Shown here: piece after piece, positions 61,026 to 64,000 of the stretch | Layout: each line of letters starts with the position of its first letter | Position numbering within the stretch: the stretch's first letter is position 1 | Source of the DNA: Antedon mediterranea | Lineage: Eukaryota; Animalia; Echinodermata | Length of the DNA: 64,000 nucleotides | Assembly (NCBI RefSeq): GCF_964355755.1 | Contig: NC_092678.1 | Span: forward strand, 4,046,422-4,110,421 | Direction of reading: 5' to 3' | Made by a program: the position numbers and the translations under genes | Notes under the pieces: model-generated | The model's database searches: none | The model's input: the letters and a program-made list of their open reading frames with translations, nothing else | What the model was told of the DNA's origin: nothing

Positions 61026-63515
61026 GCTTTTGAACTTCAAATAACATACATAAGTTGCAATAAGCATTCCGGAATAAAATATTTGTTTAACAAACCTGAC
61101 CTATACACATGCATATTATCAACATTATTTATAAACGTTTGATCACATTATTTTAATATCGATCGATACTGGATTCAACAAAAATTATCAAACAGTAAAT
61201 TGACTCAGTGGCATACTCCGCCAAATCGTTTGTCCATATCACCAATACTGTTTGCATAAAATAGTACACAAAGTGTTACACTTCTGGTCTCGGTCTTATC
61301 TGAATATTCTTATCAAAGTACTCCATTTAAAAGAAGTATTAACAGCTATGCTGGTAAACCAAAGAATCCAAAATTGATTTTAATTTTTACACACAATAGG
61401 CCTATTTGGAAGAATGCTATATAACCATAATAACTATACAGGATGTGTTTAGTTGTTACTTTACATATACACTTCTCCAATAAATACCATAGTTTATGTT
61501 TGTTATTTGTTTCCAGTGGAAACTAATCTTTAGAAATTCGAAGGCACCCCCGTTTGATTGGAATTTCAGTCTGAATACAGCTTTACACCGAGATAGAAGC
61601 TCGTGAATCTTAGAAAGATTTAATAAAAGAATGTATCTTCTTACTCAAAACAAGACAATAAATATTAAGAAACAAAATAATCCACGAGTGTGCAATTGCA
61701 AAAAGGGGTCAATGATCTTGATCGCGAAGCAACCAATTCAAAGTGTCGGAAACAACAAGATACTAATTATATGTAATTCTATCATTCTATAAGATCCGCA
61801 ATATTTTTTATTATTTGCACACGCACAATCACGCATACGCATGGTGCGCACGCACCCACGATTTATTGCATAGATCATAATTGTTCAATTAAACGCACTA
61901 AATATGCCGGGACTTACAAATAATTAGTAAAAAGCTTACCTTACGGAAAACGAGAAGCTATTATTGAGTTTATTATTTACCACCTATATTATACATCATT
62001 GTCACAGAATAATGCATGATTAGGTCACGTTTTCAATTGTGGTATAATTAATGAACACAGCTGAAACAAACATAATTAAACAAAAAAATGTCATTGATGT
62101 CACGTTTAATGACGCATGCTTTTATAATTAATTACTTTGTACAATATTATAATAAAACAAAAAGAAGCCTTCGATGGTTTTATCGAATCTACAAACTTTG
62201 TAATAAACATACACTACAGTATCATTATAATATAATGCTCTGTAAAATTGTGCACCCTATGGATTGGATATTAGCAGTATTTGTCTGTGATGGCGCTAGT
62301 TACAATCGTATTGTATAAACGGGCATAAATAGGGAGGAGGGTTTGCTATTGTAACAAGCCAGATATTTATGTATATATTTCTTTTTTATGTCATGTATGA
62401 ATTTAGGTGAATTGTCGAATTTGGTTTAACTTGTCAGAAGATTTAATATTGGCCGACATCATGGGTCTATTGTTTAACTAATCTGGTTATATGTTACATT
62501 GTGTTAATTTTGAGAGTATGTATGGCATTGTCTGTCAAATCAGATTGTAAAAATGTAGATACGCTGTGTGTACTTTTTATTTCAATATAAATTATGAGTA
62601 CGATGTATCCACAGCTACCAAACAATTTATTGTAAATTGGAGCTTTTAGTATTAATCCGGTCACCGTGCTATTAGCACACAAAATTGACATTGGGCGACA
62701 CAACAGAATCTAGTGTGTGCTTTAATGTTTCTCGTTAAAAATAGACGATCTAAATCCCTTTCTTCTCATTGCATTCTGTTAATGTCGGTAAGATCTCGTA
62801 ACGAAAGTGAATATATAGATTTATAATATTAACTACTAAACTTGAATTTTTTCGCCAATTGTCAGTGTCATGTTACTCTGACAACTCCATTAAGTAAAAA
62901 CAATGATGAGGCCATTACTCGCTAGAGTATGTTTTACCATCAGATTTTAAAAATTGTGGATTGTCATTAATTTGAAGTGCGTTCACCGTTACGCGTAAAT
63001 CAGGTGCCTGCTGCATGCATAAAAGTAAACGCTTTACGCGGAAACATTGGGTATCAAATGATAATTAGCATAAACACTCGTCATAGGTTGATAATGTGTT
63101 ACGTGACTGTCTTAAACACATTTAAATCTCAGTTTCTTAATGCCTGTGTGTAAACAACCTGTTTTCCACTTTACATCGTAGCTAATTGGCGTTGCACTAA
63201 GAACGTTCACTATTACTACGCATAACCATGGCATTTCTCAGTGCTGTACATACTAAAGGTATCATCTAAATTATTTTCCACGCATTTTGCTTGAAATATG
63301 TTTATCTGGCTAACGAAATGTGGTAAAGAATTACGTTTATATTTTCGTCAACCATCCTTTTAAGAATTCGTTTTGGAATCAATATTGTTAATGGTAATCT
63401 TAACTCAAAATCGATAGTAGACAATAATATATGTTACTGTTCTACTTGGAAAGTGAAGTATTAAATGTCTATGTCTACGTAAAATAGATATTAGCTCAGA
63501 ACGTTTAAAAAACGT

Positions 63516-63633
63516 TACTATCATTATTTGTGCGGGAAAGCTCTACTATCATTATTTGTACACGTAAGCTTTACTATCATTATTTGTACGCACAAGCTTT
63601 ATCAATTTTTCTACGCGTAAGCTTTACTATAAT
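63516..63633. repeat. 28-bp minisatellite, 3 good copies plus 1-2 degenerate
   Basis: tactatcattatttgt....aagct at 63516, 63544, 63572. Confidence 0.85.
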
Positions 63634-64000
63634 TGTTTTTATGATCACTCAGATTCACCTGATAATATTAATTATGTATGAAGTACAATGTGAGTAGAGG
63701 CTAATACGACCCAAAGCTGTACCCCTTCTTGAAATTCTCATGTCTACTCTTGAAGACCTACTTTAGCCAGAGAGGTCATTCTTGTAGAGCTATCGTCCGA
63801 GCAAACTTGACCATCTCTCTGTGTGACCTAACAGTAACACAATTATGAAGAATCAATAACAATAACAGGTAGTTCACTTCGCAGCATGAACCAGTATTTG
63901 CGTTTTAAATTTTAACACAATTACTAAACATACACCTTGTGCTAGGCTGGGTAAAGTAAAGAAACTCAAGGCCTAACATAACTGCGATAACCTGTTCGAA

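Noticed and set aside
42000-64000. Short 60-94 aa ORFs in the distal region
   Set aside because: No recognisable domains, no consistent splice chain, and composition typical of random AT-rich frames.

Overview
AT-rich animal genomic DNA, most consistent with an invertebrate deuterostome such as an echinoderm (inferred from the U1 sequence style and the H1-type receptor; the sequence alone cannot prove this). In order, the window holds: (1) the 3' part of a WNK kinase gene (+, coding exons 2186-17214; kinase domain lies upstream of the window) with Q-rich low-complexity exons, a 63-bp Trp-containing coding repeat, three RFxV motifs and several hidden candidate alternative exons; (2) a 3-exon SLC10/BASS transporter (-) with altered Na+-site residues; (3) a complete 8-exon KLHDC10 gene (-); (4) local duplications and a ~1-kb satellite with a 102-bp unit; (5) two identical U1 snRNA genes with an enlarged stem-loop II loop, preceded by an amplified array of a composite upstream element; (6) a histamine H1-like GPCR (-) with an intronless CDS; (7) ~24 kb without recognisable coding sequence, containing MITE remnants, small repeats and candidate 5'UTR exons. 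I found no clearly new multi-gene system. The best leads are the variant U1 pair with its enhancer array, the Lys-substituted SLC10 Na+ site, the WNK repeat and alternative-exon architecture, and a speculative hammerhead-like motif in the satellite. All splice models were assembled by hand.
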